DNA of 64,000 bases from an uncultured delta proteobacterium (GTDB taxonomy: Bacteria > Myxococcota > Myxococcia > Myxococcales > 40CM-4-68-19): contig CAIWCD010000025.1 of the NCBI GenBank assembly GCA_903911145.1, positions 3,891 to 67,890 on the forward strand, read 5' to 3'. Positions within the stretch are counted from its first letter, which is position 1. The number at the start of each line of letters is the position of its first letter. This document shows positions 54,502 through 64,000 of the stretch, one piece after another. A program made the position numbers and the translations under genes. The notes under the pieces were generated by a model. That model was given only the letters and a program-made list of their open reading frames with translations, did no database searches and was not told the origin of the DNA.

Positions 54502-55617
54502 TTAGAATATCACCCGGGCCGACGCGCTGTTTCCGGTGACGCCCAGGCTCCAGCGGACCTTCTCGTCGCGCGCGGTCGCGGACTTCTCGTCATCGGGGAT
54601 CGCATTGAAACTCCAATGCCCGGGCGACCAGGTCGCGAGCCCGATCGACGACATGATCGCGCCGACGCCGCCGAGCACCGAGAGCGTCACGCAGCCAATG
54701 CCCGCGCCCACGTTGGTTCCCGAGTCGGATTTTGCCTGGATGATGCAGAGCGGAACGGCGCCGCCGAGAAAGAGCGTGCTCACCGAGAGGCCGACGATCG
54801 ACTTCGTGAAGCTGCCGCGCTGCGCGTTCCAGACCGCATGCACGGCGACTCCGGGCGCTGGGAGAAAGGGCATCTCGTCCGGAAGCTGCGCCGTCGCCGG
54901 TGGCTCGAGTCCGCGGTCGGCCGTCCCCTCGATCGTCATTCCCTTTCCCGCCCACGTCACCGTGCAGGGCAGCGCGCGGCAGAGAGTCGCTCCCGCGGCA
55001 TTGCGCAATTCCCAATGGCGCGACTCCGGCCCGTCGATGCGGATGCGCATGCGGCTCGCAACCCGCTTGGGCGCAAGGTCGACGCGCGTCTCCTCATCGA
55101 CGCGAATGCGAAGTTCCTGGTTGATCGGCAGCGACAGATCGCTCTCGCAGTGAATCGCGATCGGACCCACCGGCACGCGCAAGAGCGGCACATCGCCGAC
55201 TTCGATCTTCAACTTGAACGCGCCGATCGTGCACGACATCGGCTCGGTGCTCGTCAGCCGCAGTGAGCCCAGCAGGTGCACAAGCTTGAGCTTGACGAGG
55301 TTCGTCTCGTGCGCCTTCACGTCGATGTCCTGCTCGAGAGTCTGGTGATCCTCGAGCGAAGCGATGACGTGGTGCGCCCCCGGCGCCAGCTCCCCGAGCG
55401 ATGCCGAAGTCTTCCCTTCAGCCTTCCCGTCGATGGTGAGGCTCGCACCGGAAGGCTCACTCATGATGAGCACCAGAGTGGGCGACACCGTTGCGGGCTG
55501 CGCGCTCGGCTCAGCTGCGAATGCGACGCGACCGAGCGTGAGCGCGGCGAGGAGAAACAGTGCCGATCGGGACGGCGATCCCCGAGGCGATCTCAGAGGT
55601 GAATTGGGCTGGCTCAT
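54502..55617 (-). CDS. PEGA-domain exported protein
   Basis: SEPSGASLTIDGKAEGKT...LAPGAHHV; CRALPC; C-terminal TM pair. Confidence 0.8.
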   Translation of the reverse strand: MSQPNSPLRSPRGSPSRSALFLLAALTLGRVAFAAEPSAQPATVSPTLVLIMSEPSGASLTIDGKAEGKTSASLGELAPGAHHVIASLEDHQTLEQDIDVKAHETNLVKLKLVHLLGSLRLTSTEPMSCTIGAFKLKIEVGDVPLLRVPVGPIAIHCESDLSLPINQELRIRVDEETRVDLAPKRVASRMRIRIDGPESRHWELRNAAGATLCRALPCTVTWAGKGMTIEGTADRGLEPPATAQLPDEMPFLPAPGVAVHAVWNAQRGSFTKSIVGLSVSTLFLGGAVPLCIIQAKSDSGTNVGAGIGCVTLSVLGGVGAIMSSIGLATWSPGHWSFNAIPDDEKSATARDEKVRWSLGVTGNSASARVIF

Positions 55618-55698
55618 GCGGGGCGCCAACGTGGACAAGCGCGTGCGCAGTGTCAACCGTTCGATTGTCTGGGGTGGCCACCGCGGCCAGAGCAGGCG

Positions 55699-56058
55699 CT
55701 AGACGACGAGGTGAATCTGCGCGTTGTCGTCGCTGCTCTCGAGCGGGCTGCCCTCCTGCGGCTGGCCCGCCATCATCCGCGCGGCAAGAGCCGCGAGCTG
55801 CGACGCCGGCACGCCGAGCAGCCCGCGGTTGAGCGTGGTCTCGATGGTGCTGCGCAGCGCGCCCGGCGAGATGCCGATTCCAATCGCCAGTTTCGTCAGG
55901 CTCGCGCCACTCGCGACAGCGCTGCGCAGTTCGGTCGGACTCATGCCGAGCTCGTCGGCGGCTGCGTTGAACGCCCGCTGGCGAGCGACGGTAAACCGCG
56001 ACGCGACGGTGCCGTAGATGCCCTCGATGCCCCGCACGCTGTCGATGAGCATCGCCAT
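55699..56058 (-). CDS. Small hypothetical helical protein
   Basis: AAADELGMSPTELRSAVASGASLTKLA pattern; GGAG RBS. Confidence 0.55.
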   Translation of the reverse strand: MAMLIDSVRGIEGIYGTVASRFTVARQRAFNAAADELGMSPTELRSAVASGASLTKLAIGIGISPGALRSTIETTLNRGLLGVPASQLAALAARMMAGQPQEGSPLESSDDNAQIHLVV

Positions 56059-56145
56059 GAACTCTCCGCTTCGCGCGCCAATGACGATCGCAGAGCGCAG
56101 ACGAATCGTCCAGCCCACCCAGGCTCACCCGAAATGCATTCTGAC

Positions 56146-56691
56146 CTACAGCGGCTTGGCTCGCGCGGCGATCCACTCGCGCGCCAGCGTCGCGCAGAGA
56201 ACCGAATCGACCCATTCACCCTGCATGAATTCGCATTCGCGTAGATGGGCTTCGCGGCGCAGGCCCAGCTTCTCGGCGACGCGCAGCGAGGCGGCGTTGC
56301 GGGGATCGATCTCGGCGTAGACGCGGTGGAGCGCGAGCGTGCTGAAGGCGAAATCGATCACCGCGGTGATCCCTTCCGTCGAGTAGCCGCGCCCCTGGTG
56401 ATCCGGGTGGCAGATCCACCAGATCGTTCCCTGCGACGGCACCTCGAGCACGCGACACCCAACGCGGCCGATCAACTGCCCCTCGAGCTCCATCGCGAAA
56501 TCGAAGACGTGGCGCGGACTCTCGGCCGCATCCGCGAGTCCAAGGCGGATGCGCGCGAGCGTCTCCTCGAGCGTGCGCGGCGCATTCGGCGTGTAGCGCA
56601 TCACCTCGATCAACCGCTCGTGCGAATGGATCGCCGGCGCATCCTCCTCGGTGATCTCACGCAGGCGGAGTCTGGCGGTGCGCAGTTCCAT
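56146..56691 (-). CDS. GNAT acetyltransferase (RimJ/RimL type)
   Basis: TARLRLR, HQGRGYSTE, LHRV, NAASLRVAEKLG.RRE. Confidence 0.92.
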   Translation of the reverse strand: MELRTARLRLREITEEDAPAIHSHERLIEVMRYTPNAPRTLEETLARIRLGLADAAESPRHVFDFAMELEGQLIGRVGCRVLEVPSQGTIWWICHPDHQGRGYSTEGITAVIDFAFSTLALHRVYAEIDPRNAASLRVAEKLGLRREAHLRECEFMQGEWVDSVLCATLAREWIAARAKPL

Positions 56692-56694
56692 CGC

Positions 56695-57285
56695 TCACGC
56701 CTTCTTGAGAAATCCGGTCTTGAGCACGATCACGGTTCCGTTCACGCGCCCCTCGACGTGCTCCGGATTGTCGGTCAGATGGATCGCCTTGACGATCGTG
56801 CCGCGCTTGGCGACGAAGCCCGCGCCCTTGACGTCAAGGTCCTTGATCAACGTCACCGAATCACCCTCGGAGAGTTTCGTTCCGAAGCTGTCGACCGTCG
56901 GCGTCTCGACCGAACTCTCGACGCTCTCGCTCTCGCTGCCGCCCTGCGCCCACGCCAGCAGCTCCGCGTCGAGATAGACCTGATCGAGCAGATCGCGCGC
57001 CCAGCTCTCGTTGCGCAGACGATTGGCGATGCGCCAGCTGAGAACCTGGATGGGCGCGTGCTCGCTCCAAATCGACTGCTGCAGACAGAACCATCGATTG
57101 CTCTCGAGCTGCGCTTTGCCATCGAGCTGCGCGAAGCAGGCCTCGCAGACCAGCACGCTGTGCGCGGCGGTTCCGTCGTCGAGCGGCGCAATCGCATAAG
57201 GCAGGCCGCTGCCGACGGAGCTGCAGAGTTCGCACACGCCATTGGCGCGCGTGCGAAGGGAGGCGAGTTCGAAGGAGATCGTCAT
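56695..57285 (-). CDS. PhnA/YjdM-domain protein
   Basis: CELC...CEAC; DS.GT.LSEGDSVTLIKDLDVKGAGF.AKRGT; LKTGFLKK. Confidence 0.9.
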   Translation of the reverse strand: MTISFELASLRTRANGVCELCSSVGSGLPYAIAPLDDGTAAHSVLVCEACFAQLDGKAQLESNRWFCLQQSIWSEHAPIQVLSWRIANRLRNESWARDLLDQVYLDAELLAWAQGGSESESVESSVETPTVDSFGTKLSEGDSVTLIKDLDVKGAGFVAKRGTIVKAIHLTDNPEHVEGRVNGTVIVLKTGFLKKA

Positions 57286-57331
57286 GCGTGGCGCGCCTTC
57301 TAGCAGACGGGCCCCGGGGCGCGCGCGATTC

Positions 57332-57850
57332 TCAATGCGAGGCGGCGGCGAGCTCGATGCGCACCGGCGCGTCCAGCGGATGCTCGACGCAATCGCGCGC
57401 AGTGCCATCCTCCCACGCGAGCATGAGGAAGTCGGCAGGAGCATCGAGCGCAATGATCGGGCAGTGCCAGGTGCCGGGCGCGTAGTTCACGCCCTGCCCC
57501 GGATTGCAGATGAACGCGCGCAACTGGGCGACGTCGGGCAGGCCGTCGGCGAGAGTCGGCGCGACGCAGACGAGATAGCGGGAGGCGATCATCGGCGCGA
57601 AGAGCTGCGTCGAGCACGGATGCTGCTCGAGCAACTTCAGCTCGATCGGCAGAGGCCGCGGCGTCGAGCGGAAGACCGCGAGATTCGGCTTCGCCTCGCT
57701 GCGCGTATTCACGAGCTTCGCGGCCCAGTCGAAGCGCACGGCAGTGCCCTGGTTGGCCGCGCGGCCTTCCTGATCTCCTGCGCTGATCACCTGACCGAAT
57801 CGCGCGAACGCCTGCGCGGTGAGCAGCTCAGCGACGACAACCGCGTGCAT
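57332..57850 (-). CDS. allA: Ureidoglycolate lyase
   Basis: LT.QAFARFGQVI, ANQG, LEQHP.STQ.F.P, GQGVNY..GTWH. Confidence 0.92.
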   Translation of the reverse strand: MHAVVVAELLTAQAFARFGQVISAGDQEGRAANQGTAVRFDWAAKLVNTRSEAKPNLAVFRSTPRPLPIELKLLEQHPCSTQLFAPMIASRYLVCVAPTLADGLPDVAQLRAFICNPGQGVNYAPGTWHCPIIALDAPADFLMLAWEDGTARDCVEHPLDAPVRIELAAASH

Positions 57851-57851
57851 C

Positions 57852-58190
57852 CTACGAGCCCCGATAGGTCGTGTAGCCGTGTGGATTGAGCAGCAGCGGC
57901 ACATGGAAATGCTCGCTCGGATCGCGCACGAGGAAGGTGATGGTGATGCTGGGATAGAATGACTGGATGGTCAGCTTTTCAAAATAGGACGCGACCGCGA
58001 AGGTGAGCCGATAGCTTCCCGCGCGGATCGCTGCCCCTTCGCGCACGAGGCCCTTCGCGCGCCCGTCCGTGTTCGTGGTGTCCTGGCCGACGAGAATCCA
58101 GCTGCCGCCGTCGAGTCGCTCGAGCGTGACGGCGACGTCTGCAGCGGGACGGCCGAGCGTGGTGTCGAGGATGTGCGTGCTGATGCCCAT
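57852..58190 (-). CDS. uraH: 5-hydroxyisourate hydrolase
   Basis: ISTHILD...GRPA, DGR, FYP, HVPLLL, terminal YRGS. Confidence 0.95.
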   Translation of the reverse strand: MGISTHILDTTLGRPAADVAVTLERLDGGSWILVGQDTTNTDGRAKGLVREGAAIRAGSYRLTFAVASYFEKLTIQSFYPSITITFLVRDPSEHFHVPLLLNPHGYTTYRGS

Positions 58191-58209
58191 GGGGATCTCC
58201 GATGCGCTT

Positions 58210-59763
58210 TCAAGCGAACTGCGAGGTAAGCCACTTCTCGATGCGCAGCCGCGTGATCTTCGCCTGCTCGCGCGCCGCGTTCTCGATTTCGGTTGCGCGA
58301 TCGTTCTCCACACGCGCCTCGAGCAGCGCGAGCATCTCTTCAGCGGAGCGACCGGTCGCGAAGCAGATGAAGATGAAGCCGAAGCGCTCCCGATAGAGCG
58401 CGTTGAGCATGTGCAGGCGCTCCATCGTCGACTGCTGCGCGCCCGCTGTTCCGCTCTGCTCCGCCTTCGACCAGTCGCCGCTCTTCTCGGTCTGCACCGC
58501 CGCCTTCTGCGTGTCGCCGATGCGCGGATGGGCCGCGAATGCCTCGAGGAACGCGGTCTCATCGAGGCTCCACCAGGCGGCCTCTGCGGCGGTGAAGAGA
58601 GCGCGCACACTCTGCAGGGGTCGCAGCGCGAGCATCATCGCCGCCCAGCGCGTCGAGCCGTTGAACGAGAGCGCGAGCGCACTGGCCTCCTCGAGCGGAA
58701 GGGCATTGAACGAGGAGAGGGCGCGCTTCTCCTCGCGCGTATCGACGGCGTGGCCGTAGAGCCGCAGGCGATTGATGCCGCCGTGCGGAAACATGTGCAC
58801 GCGCACGTGCGTCGCGACGAGCGGACGCTCCGGCGCAAGCTCGTGGCGGCGGTGCTGCACCAGCGGCGTGCGCGAGAGCAGCGGCGTCCACCCTTGCGGC
58901 GCCCGCATCCGCTTCGCGAGCTCGTCAGCGCCGATCGCCTCTTCGTCGAGCAGCTCAATGCACGTCGCCTGCGGCGCGTTCCCCTTGAAGAAGTGCGTAT
59001 CGAGCTCGATCCGATCGATCACGCCGCGCCGCCCGAGCTTGATCACGCACCAGTCGCTTCCCGGCGTGCGTCGGCGCTTCGTCTCCCAGCCGTCCCCCAT
59101 GTTCACGCCGCGGCCGGGCAATAATAGATTGGTCGCCGGACCAAAGAACTGATCGCTCTCGGCGGCGACCGTGCCGCCGTTCTCCACCGCGGCAAGATCG
59201 ATCGAGCCGGCTTGCCAGAAGGTTCTCCCTCCTGGCGACACCACGCCCCACGTGCGCAGGCGAGCCACGCCGCCGTCGGGAAAGATGCGCAGCCGCAGAT
59301 GCGTCACGCGCGCGCTCTGGGGAATCGTGAACTCGTTGGGAAAGTTCGGGCGCACGGGCGACTTCGGCAGGAGGTCGCGCCACTGGTCCGATGCGTTGAG
59401 CTGCGCAGGCGTCGCGGTCTGATCTGCAGCCAGCCCCTCGATGGCGACCTCCTGCGGCGCGTTCCCCCGGAAGTGCGTCGTGTCGACGACGAATCCGCGA
59501 ACATGTCCGGGCAGGCCGAGCCGGATGATGCAGAAGTCGTGGCCGGGTTCGCGCTTGCGCTGCGACTCCCAGCCGTCCATCCACTTGCCCTTGTCTGTGA
59601 ACTTCCCCTCGATCCAGATCGGCGCCGCGGCCTTGAGGAGGTTCTCCTTCTCCGCGAAATAATCGTCGGTGGCGTAGAGCGCGAAGGCGCCGAGCGCCTC
59701 GCTCGTCAGATCGACCAGGCCAGCGAACGCTTCGGGAACCGCAATTGTCTCAGACATGCTCAC
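58210..59763 (-). CDS. alc: Allantoicase fused to OHCU decarboxylase
   Basis: Two allantoicase repeats (DGWESQRKR, PDGGVARLR; DGWETKRRR, PHGGINRLR), then AHPRIG, S.AEQ, N..Y..RFGFIFI, EQ.KIT.LR. Confidence 0.93.
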   Translation of the reverse strand: MSMSETIAVPEAFAGLVDLTSEALGAFALYATDDYFAEKENLLKAAAPIWIEGKFTDKGKWMDGWESQRKREPGHDFCIIRLGLPGHVRGFVVDTTHFRGNAPQEVAIEGLAADQTATPAQLNASDQWRDLLPKSPVRPNFPNEFTIPQSARVTHLRLRIFPDGGVARLRTWGVVSPGGRTFWQAGSIDLAAVENGGTVAAESDQFFGPATNLLLPGRGVNMGDGWETKRRRTPGSDWCVIKLGRRGVIDRIELDTHFFKGNAPQATCIELLDEEAIGADELAKRMRAPQGWTPLLSRTPLVQHRRHELAPERPLVATHVRVHMFPHGGINRLRLYGHAVDTREEKRALSSFNALPLEEASALALSFNGSTRWAAMMLALRPLQSVRALFTAAEAAWWSLDETAFLEAFAAHPRIGDTQKAAVQTEKSGDWSKAEQSGTAGAQQSTMERLHMLNALYRERFGFIFICFATGRSAEEMLALLEARVENDRATEIENAAREQAKITRLRIEKWLTSQFA

Positions 59764-61124
59764 TGCTCTTTCGCGCTCTGGAACGCGCCATGCGGAGTGG
59801 AGGAGAGAGAGTCGCGCGCATCGAACGCGACCTCGCCGTTGACGATCGTCTTCTTCACGACTCCCATGAGAACGCGGCCCGCATAAGGAGTCACTTTGTG
59901 GCGGTGGCGCAGGTGCGCGGGCTCGACCTGCATCGTCTCCGTCTCGTTCCAGATCACGATGTCCGCGTCATATCCCGCCTGCAGCTTCCCCTTGCGCAGC
60001 TCAAGCCCTGCAAGCTTCGCCGGCGCGACGCTGTTCCACTGCACGAGCTGCGTGACGCCGTGTCCGCGCGCCTGCGCGAGCGTCCAGAGCAGAGGAAGGC
60101 CGAGCTGCAGAGACGAGATGCCGCCCCACGCGCCGAGGAAGTCACCGGTATCGAGATGCTTGAGCGCCGGCGTGCACGGCGAGTGATCGGAGACGACCAT
60201 GCTGAGCACGCCCTCTTCCAATCCGCGCCAGAGCAGCTCGCGATTCTCGCGCTCGCGAATCGGCGGCGCGCATTTGAACTGCGTCTGGCCGGCCGCGATC
60301 TCCTCGGAGGTGAAGGCGAGATAGTGCAGGCAGGTCTCGGCGCTGATCTGCACGCCGTCCGCTTGCGCGTCGCGAAGGAGCGGAATCGCACTCGCGCTCG
60401 AGAGATGAACGATGTGCGCGCGCGCGTTGTGCTTCCTGCAGAGCTCGATGACCAGCGCGACGGCCTCGTCCTCGGCAGCGCGCGGCCGCGAAGCGAGATA
60501 GGTCGCGTATTGGCGCGGATCAGCCTTCGCTCGAGCGAGCTGCTTCTCGGCCTCGTCGAGCGGACCGGGTAGCTCTGCGTGCACGAGCAGCGTCACACCC
60601 AGATCGCGGAGAATCGGCAGAGCGCTCTCGAGATCCTCGCGCGTCACGCAGGGAAATTCATCGACGCCGCTCGGGCAGAGAAAACATTTCGCGCCCTTGA
60701 TGCCGAACGCTGCGAGCCCCGCCAACTCGTGCTGGTTGCCGGGGATCACGCCGCCCCAGAATGCGACGTTGACGAACTGCTGTCCCTGCAGACTCGCGCG
60801 CTTCGTCTCCGCTGCCGTGCGCGAAGTCGTCGCCGGAATGCAGTTGAGCGGCATATCCACGACGGTCGTAATTCCGCCGGCCGCTGCAGCCTGCGTCGCC
60901 GTCGCAAACCCTTCCCACTCGGTGCGGCCCGGCTCATTGATGTGCACGTGCGAATCGACGATACCCGGCGTAACGAGATCATCGCCCGCGTCGATCACCC
61001 GCGCCCCGTCGATGCGCGCGTCATGCGCATCGACGCGGAGAATCTTTCCATCCGCGATGACGAGCGCGGCGGGTTGCAGGCCCTCGGGCGTCAGCACACG
61101 GCGGCCACGAATGACGAGTGTCAT
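59760..61124 (-). CDS. allB: Allantoinase
   Basis: DSHVHINEPGRTEWEGF, DMPLN, KCFL.PSG, HAE, HIVHLS, KCAPPIR, SDHSPC. Confidence 0.95.
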   Translation of the reverse strand: MTLVIRGRRVLTPEGLQPAALVIADGKILRVDAHDARIDGARVIDAGDDLVTPGIVDSHVHINEPGRTEWEGFATATQAAAAGGITTVVDMPLNCIPATTSRTAAETKRASLQGQQFVNVAFWGGVIPGNQHELAGLAAFGIKGAKCFLCPSGVDEFPCVTREDLESALPILRDLGVTLLVHAELPGPLDEAEKQLARAKADPRQYATYLASRPRAAEDEAVALVIELCRKHNARAHIVHLSSASAIPLLRDAQADGVQISAETCLHYLAFTSEEIAAGQTQFKCAPPIRERENRELLWRGLEEGVLSMVVSDHSPCTPALKHLDTGDFLGAWGGISSLQLGLPLLWTLAQARGHGVTQLVQWNSVAPAKLAGLELRKGKLQAGYDADIVIWNETETMQVEPAHLRHRHKVTPYAGRVLMGVVKKTIVNGEVAFDARDSLSSTPHGAFQSAKEQ

Positions 61125-61139
61125 AGGCATTCGAACCAA

Positions 61140-62696
61140 TCACGGCTTCGCAAACGCGCGCACCATGCGCACCAGCTCATTGACGACCTGCGGCTTCTCC
61201 TTGAGATCAGGATTCGCCGACATCAGCGGACTCTTCCCGATCGCGGGGCCGCCGCCGACGATGACAGCACGCAGCTGATCATCCGTCACGCTCTTCTGCC
61301 AGACCGCATCGGTGTAGTTGCGCGGCCGGGGATTCAGCGCGGCCGCGGCGGGCCCATCGCCGAGCCCATTCGCGCCGTGGCAGAGCGAGCAGCGCTGCAG
61401 GAAGATCGTCTTCGCCTCATCGATCGGGTTCAGCGCAGGCGCAGGATTCGTCGCCGCGGTCGCGCCAGGATTGATCGGCATCGCAACCGGTGCGGCCTTC
61501 GCGCCTTCGATATGCGCGCCTTGAACAATCCACGCCCCGAGCGTCGCGCGCTCCGACTCGAGCATTCCCGTCATATTCGCCAGCGGCATCGTCTTGGTCT
61601 GCACGGCGCGCAGCAGGATCTTCGCGGCGTTGGCGTGAATCGCCTCGGGCGTCTCGAGCTTCAAGCCAAGCGGCGGCGTGCTGAACGCAGGATTGGCCGG
61701 CGTGCTCGAGTGGCACGTCACGCAGCGGGTCTGCACGATCGTCTGCACATCGGCGAATGCGACGGGGGACGCGTGCGCGAGTTGCTCGAATGAATCATCG
61801 TGAATCGGATAGGTCAGCGCGATCACACCGACGAGCGAAGCACCAACGGCCACCGGCACGAGCGGACTGCCCGAGAGCCGGAAGTTCATCAGATACTTCA
61901 GGCCCGCGCCGACAATGAAGAGCAGACCGAGGACGATATATGGATATCGATTCCCATAGGTGCTCGGGAAGTGATTCGAAAGCATGGTGAAGAGCACGGG
62001 CAGCGTCAGGTAATGGTTCTGCCGTGAGCGCGTCTTGGCGCGAAGGCCGAGCGATACATCGACGGGAGTTCCCGCGCGGGTGGCCGCGAGCATTCCCTTC
62101 TGGCCGGGAATGATGCGGAAGAAGACGTTGCCCGCCATGCAGGTACCGAGCATCGCGCCCACTTGCAGATAGGCCGCGCGCGCACCGAAGAGATGCGAAA
62201 CGCCGAACGCGGTGCCGACGATGAAGACGAAGCCGACTGCCGCGAGGACGATCCATCGATCGCCGATGATGCGGCAGAGCGTGTCGTAGACAAACCAGCC
62301 GGCGACGAGCAGCGAGAGTGAAAGCGCAATCGCGGTCGGGCCTGTGACTGGCGACACGTTCGGGTCGACCAGCATCGTCCCGCCGTTCATGTAATAGACG
62401 ACGCCGAGCAGGAGGAATCCGCTCAGCCAGGTCGTATAGGACTCCCATTTGAACCAATAGAGATTCTTTGGCAGCTCGTTGGGCGCGAGATACTTGCGCT
62501 TGACGACCTCATAGAAGCCGCCCGAGTGGGTCATCCAGAGTTCGCCGACGACGGCGCCCTCGCGCGGCCGCGACGGTTCCTCGAGGTGGCTGTCGAGCCA
62601 CATGAAGAGGAAGGAGTCGCCAATCCACATGATCGCCGCGATGACGTGTATCCAGCGGACAAAGAGGTTCAGCCACTCTTGAAGCATGGGTTCCAT
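61140..62696 (-). CDS. puuD: Membrane urate hydroxylase PuuD with two cytochrome c domains
   Basis: RWIHVIAAIMWIG, HSGGFY, WFKWESY.TWLSG, NV...IIPGQ, RS..N.YLTLPVLF.M.SNHF; CVTCH and CSLCH. Confidence 0.9.
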   Translation of the reverse strand: MEPMLQEWLNLFVRWIHVIAAIMWIGDSFLFMWLDSHLEEPSRPREGAVVGELWMTHSGGFYEVVKRKYLAPNELPKNLYWFKWESYTTWLSGFLLLGVVYYMNGGTMLVDPNVSPVTGPTAIALSLSLLVAGWFVYDTLCRIIGDRWIVLAAVGFVFIVGTAFGVSHLFGARAAYLQVGAMLGTCMAGNVFFRIIPGQKGMLAATRAGTPVDVSLGLRAKTRSRQNHYLTLPVLFTMLSNHFPSTYGNRYPYIVLGLLFIVGAGLKYLMNFRLSGSPLVPVAVGASLVGVIALTYPIHDDSFEQLAHASPVAFADVQTIVQTRCVTCHSSTPANPAFSTPPLGLKLETPEAIHANAAKILLRAVQTKTMPLANMTGMLESERATLGAWIVQGAHIEGAKAAPVAMPINPGATAATNPAPALNPIDEAKTIFLQRCSLCHGANGLGDGPAAAALNPRPRNYTDAVWQKSVTDDQLRAVIVGGGPAIGKSPLMSANPDLKEKPQVVNELVRMVRAFAKP

Positions 62697-62745
62697 GCAG
62701 TGCGCTTATTACGGCGGATGCTTGCGCGTCCAGCGGCGAATTCAA

Positions 62746-63969
62746 TCAACCGTTGTGCACCGGCACCGGCACGAGAACCTCTCGCGCGCGCTTCATCGAG
62801 CTCTTGCCCACCATGATATCGACCGTCTTGCGAATGCGGGTGGCCAGCGGCTCCTGGAGGTAGACCACGCCGTGCCGCAGGCAGAGCTCGCGCACGCGTG
62901 GCGCATAGTCCCGGTATTTCAGCGGCGGCAGATCGGGCCAGAGGTGGTGCTCGATCTGATAGTTGAGATATCCGTGCAGCCAATCGTTGATATCCCCGCC
63001 GGTGGCATAGTTCACCGAGCTGATGATCTGGCGCAGGTGATGCTCCTCGCGGCCCTTCGCGGGTGTCGCGAAGCGATAGATATCCTCGCCGGCGTGATTG
63101 GGCGCGATGATCGCGAAGCTGTGCAGATTGGTCAGCAGCTCAGCGAAGATTGAATTGAGCAGGACGGCCAGCACGGCCTTCATTCCCAGCGGCGCGAAGA
63201 GCGCGGGCAACAACAGAAAGCGGATCGCCGCATAGGGGAGCAGGCAGACGCGCCAGAACTCGCGCCCGTCGGGCGTGCGCAGATCGAACGCCTCGATCAG
63301 GTGATCCGTCCCCGGCAGCGACTCCTTCATTCCCAAGGTGCCAGCGCGACGGGCCGCGCGCGTGCGCTCGTGGCGCTTGAGGATCTGGAAGGTATTGGGC
63401 GCGTAATACGTGACCTTCCAGGTCAGCGCGAAGAAGGCGACGGCGGCATATTTCAACGGGCGCGCGACGCGGCTTGCGCGCAGTCCTTTGAGATTCTCCT
63501 CGACCAGATCGGGATCGAGCAGCTCGTTGGTCGAGTAATGGTGGAGGAAATCGTGCTCGTGGTGCCAGGCCTGCGGGAGCATCCAATCGAACCAATCGAG
63601 GAAACGGCGCCGCCCCTGCGCATAGAGCTTGCTCGAATAGTTCGTCGGCACTGGGCCACCCTGCGCGCGCGTCTTCTCGGCAGCGCGATCGATTCCACGG
63701 TGCCCCACGTGGTGCATCATCACGGCCCAGCGCGTGCTGTTTCCCACCGCGAGCAGCACCGCAGAAATCGGATTGGGAACTATCCAGGCCGTCGCATATC
63801 CGGCGAGCGAGCAGAGCCGGCCCCAGAGTTCGATCTTGCGCAGGTGCGCGACATCGGCGGGTCCCAGACCCTCGTTGATCTCTGCGCGCAGAGCATCGAG
63901 GTCGCGCTGAAAAGCCGGGAGATCGATCGCGGTGGCGCTCTGGTCGGGGCCTGAAATGTTCGTCTCCAC
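62746..63969 (-). CDS. Membrane fatty acid desaturase
   Basis: His boxes HHVGH, HHEHDFLHH, QIEHH. The start is uncertain because the frame stays open to the window edge. Confidence 0.88.
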   Translation of the reverse strand: METNISGPDQSATAIDLPAFQRDLDALRAEINEGLGPADVAHLRKIELWGRLCSLAGYATAWIVPNPISAVLLAVGNSTRWAVMMHHVGHRGIDRAAEKTRAQGGPVPTNYSSKLYAQGRRRFLDWFDWMLPQAWHHEHDFLHHYSTNELLDPDLVEENLKGLRASRVARPLKYAAVAFFALTWKVTYYAPNTFQILKRHERTRAARRAGTLGMKESLPGTDHLIEAFDLRTPDGREFWRVCLLPYAAIRFLLLPALFAPLGMKAVLAVLLNSIFAELLTNLHSFAIIAPNHAGEDIYRFATPAKGREEHHLRQIISSVNYATGGDINDWLHGYLNYQIEHHLWPDLPPLKYRDYAPRVRELCLRHGVVYLQEPLATRIRKTVDIMVGKSSMKRAREVLVPVPVHNG

Positions 63970-64000
63970 GAGAAGTAAAAAGCGCGCCAAGCTAACTGAT

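Noticed and set aside
58210-59763. Allantoicase-OHCU decarboxylase fusion as a novelty
   Set aside because: Bifunctional allantoicase/OHCU decarboxylase proteins are already a recognised annotation.
1-64000. Prophage, IS, integron, tRNA or rRNA
   Set aside because: No integrase, transposase or phage structural motifs, and no recognisable structural RNA sequences seen by eye.

Overview
High-GC bacterial chromosomal segment, probably from a myxobacterium-like (Myxococcota) organism. That is inferred from PEGA, DGG-repeat and TIGR02996-like sequences and many sigma54-type promoters. No rRNA, tRNA, CRISPR array, transposase or integrase was seen. From left to right: a YgiB/YgiC(GSP synthase-like)/DUF350 operon; a mosaic of gene fragments; secreted phosphoesterases; a double-domain KaiC-like ATPase with a fused receiver domain, convergent with a 5-PAS hybrid histidine kinase; a DUF948-YtxH-TamA-TamB operon with CsbD/LEA-like genes; catalase; cysK, DUF885, GFA and cysE; a tightly coupled six-gene operon with four tandem double-YbjQ (heavy-metal-binding domain) paralogs; a second general-stress block (YflT-like, lmo0937-like, Zn-ADH, MlaE/F/D-PqiC, CsbD); lipid-metabolism genes; and a urate-to-glyoxylate operon whose PuuD carries an extra cytochrome c. 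The best candidates for new biology are (1) the four-YbjQ operon, (2) an apparent sigma54-driven general-stress regulon with a shared palindromic upstream site, CGTTC-N2/3-GAACG, and (3) the KaiC-REC/hybrid-kinase pair. All family calls come from motif recognition by eye; no database searches were run.
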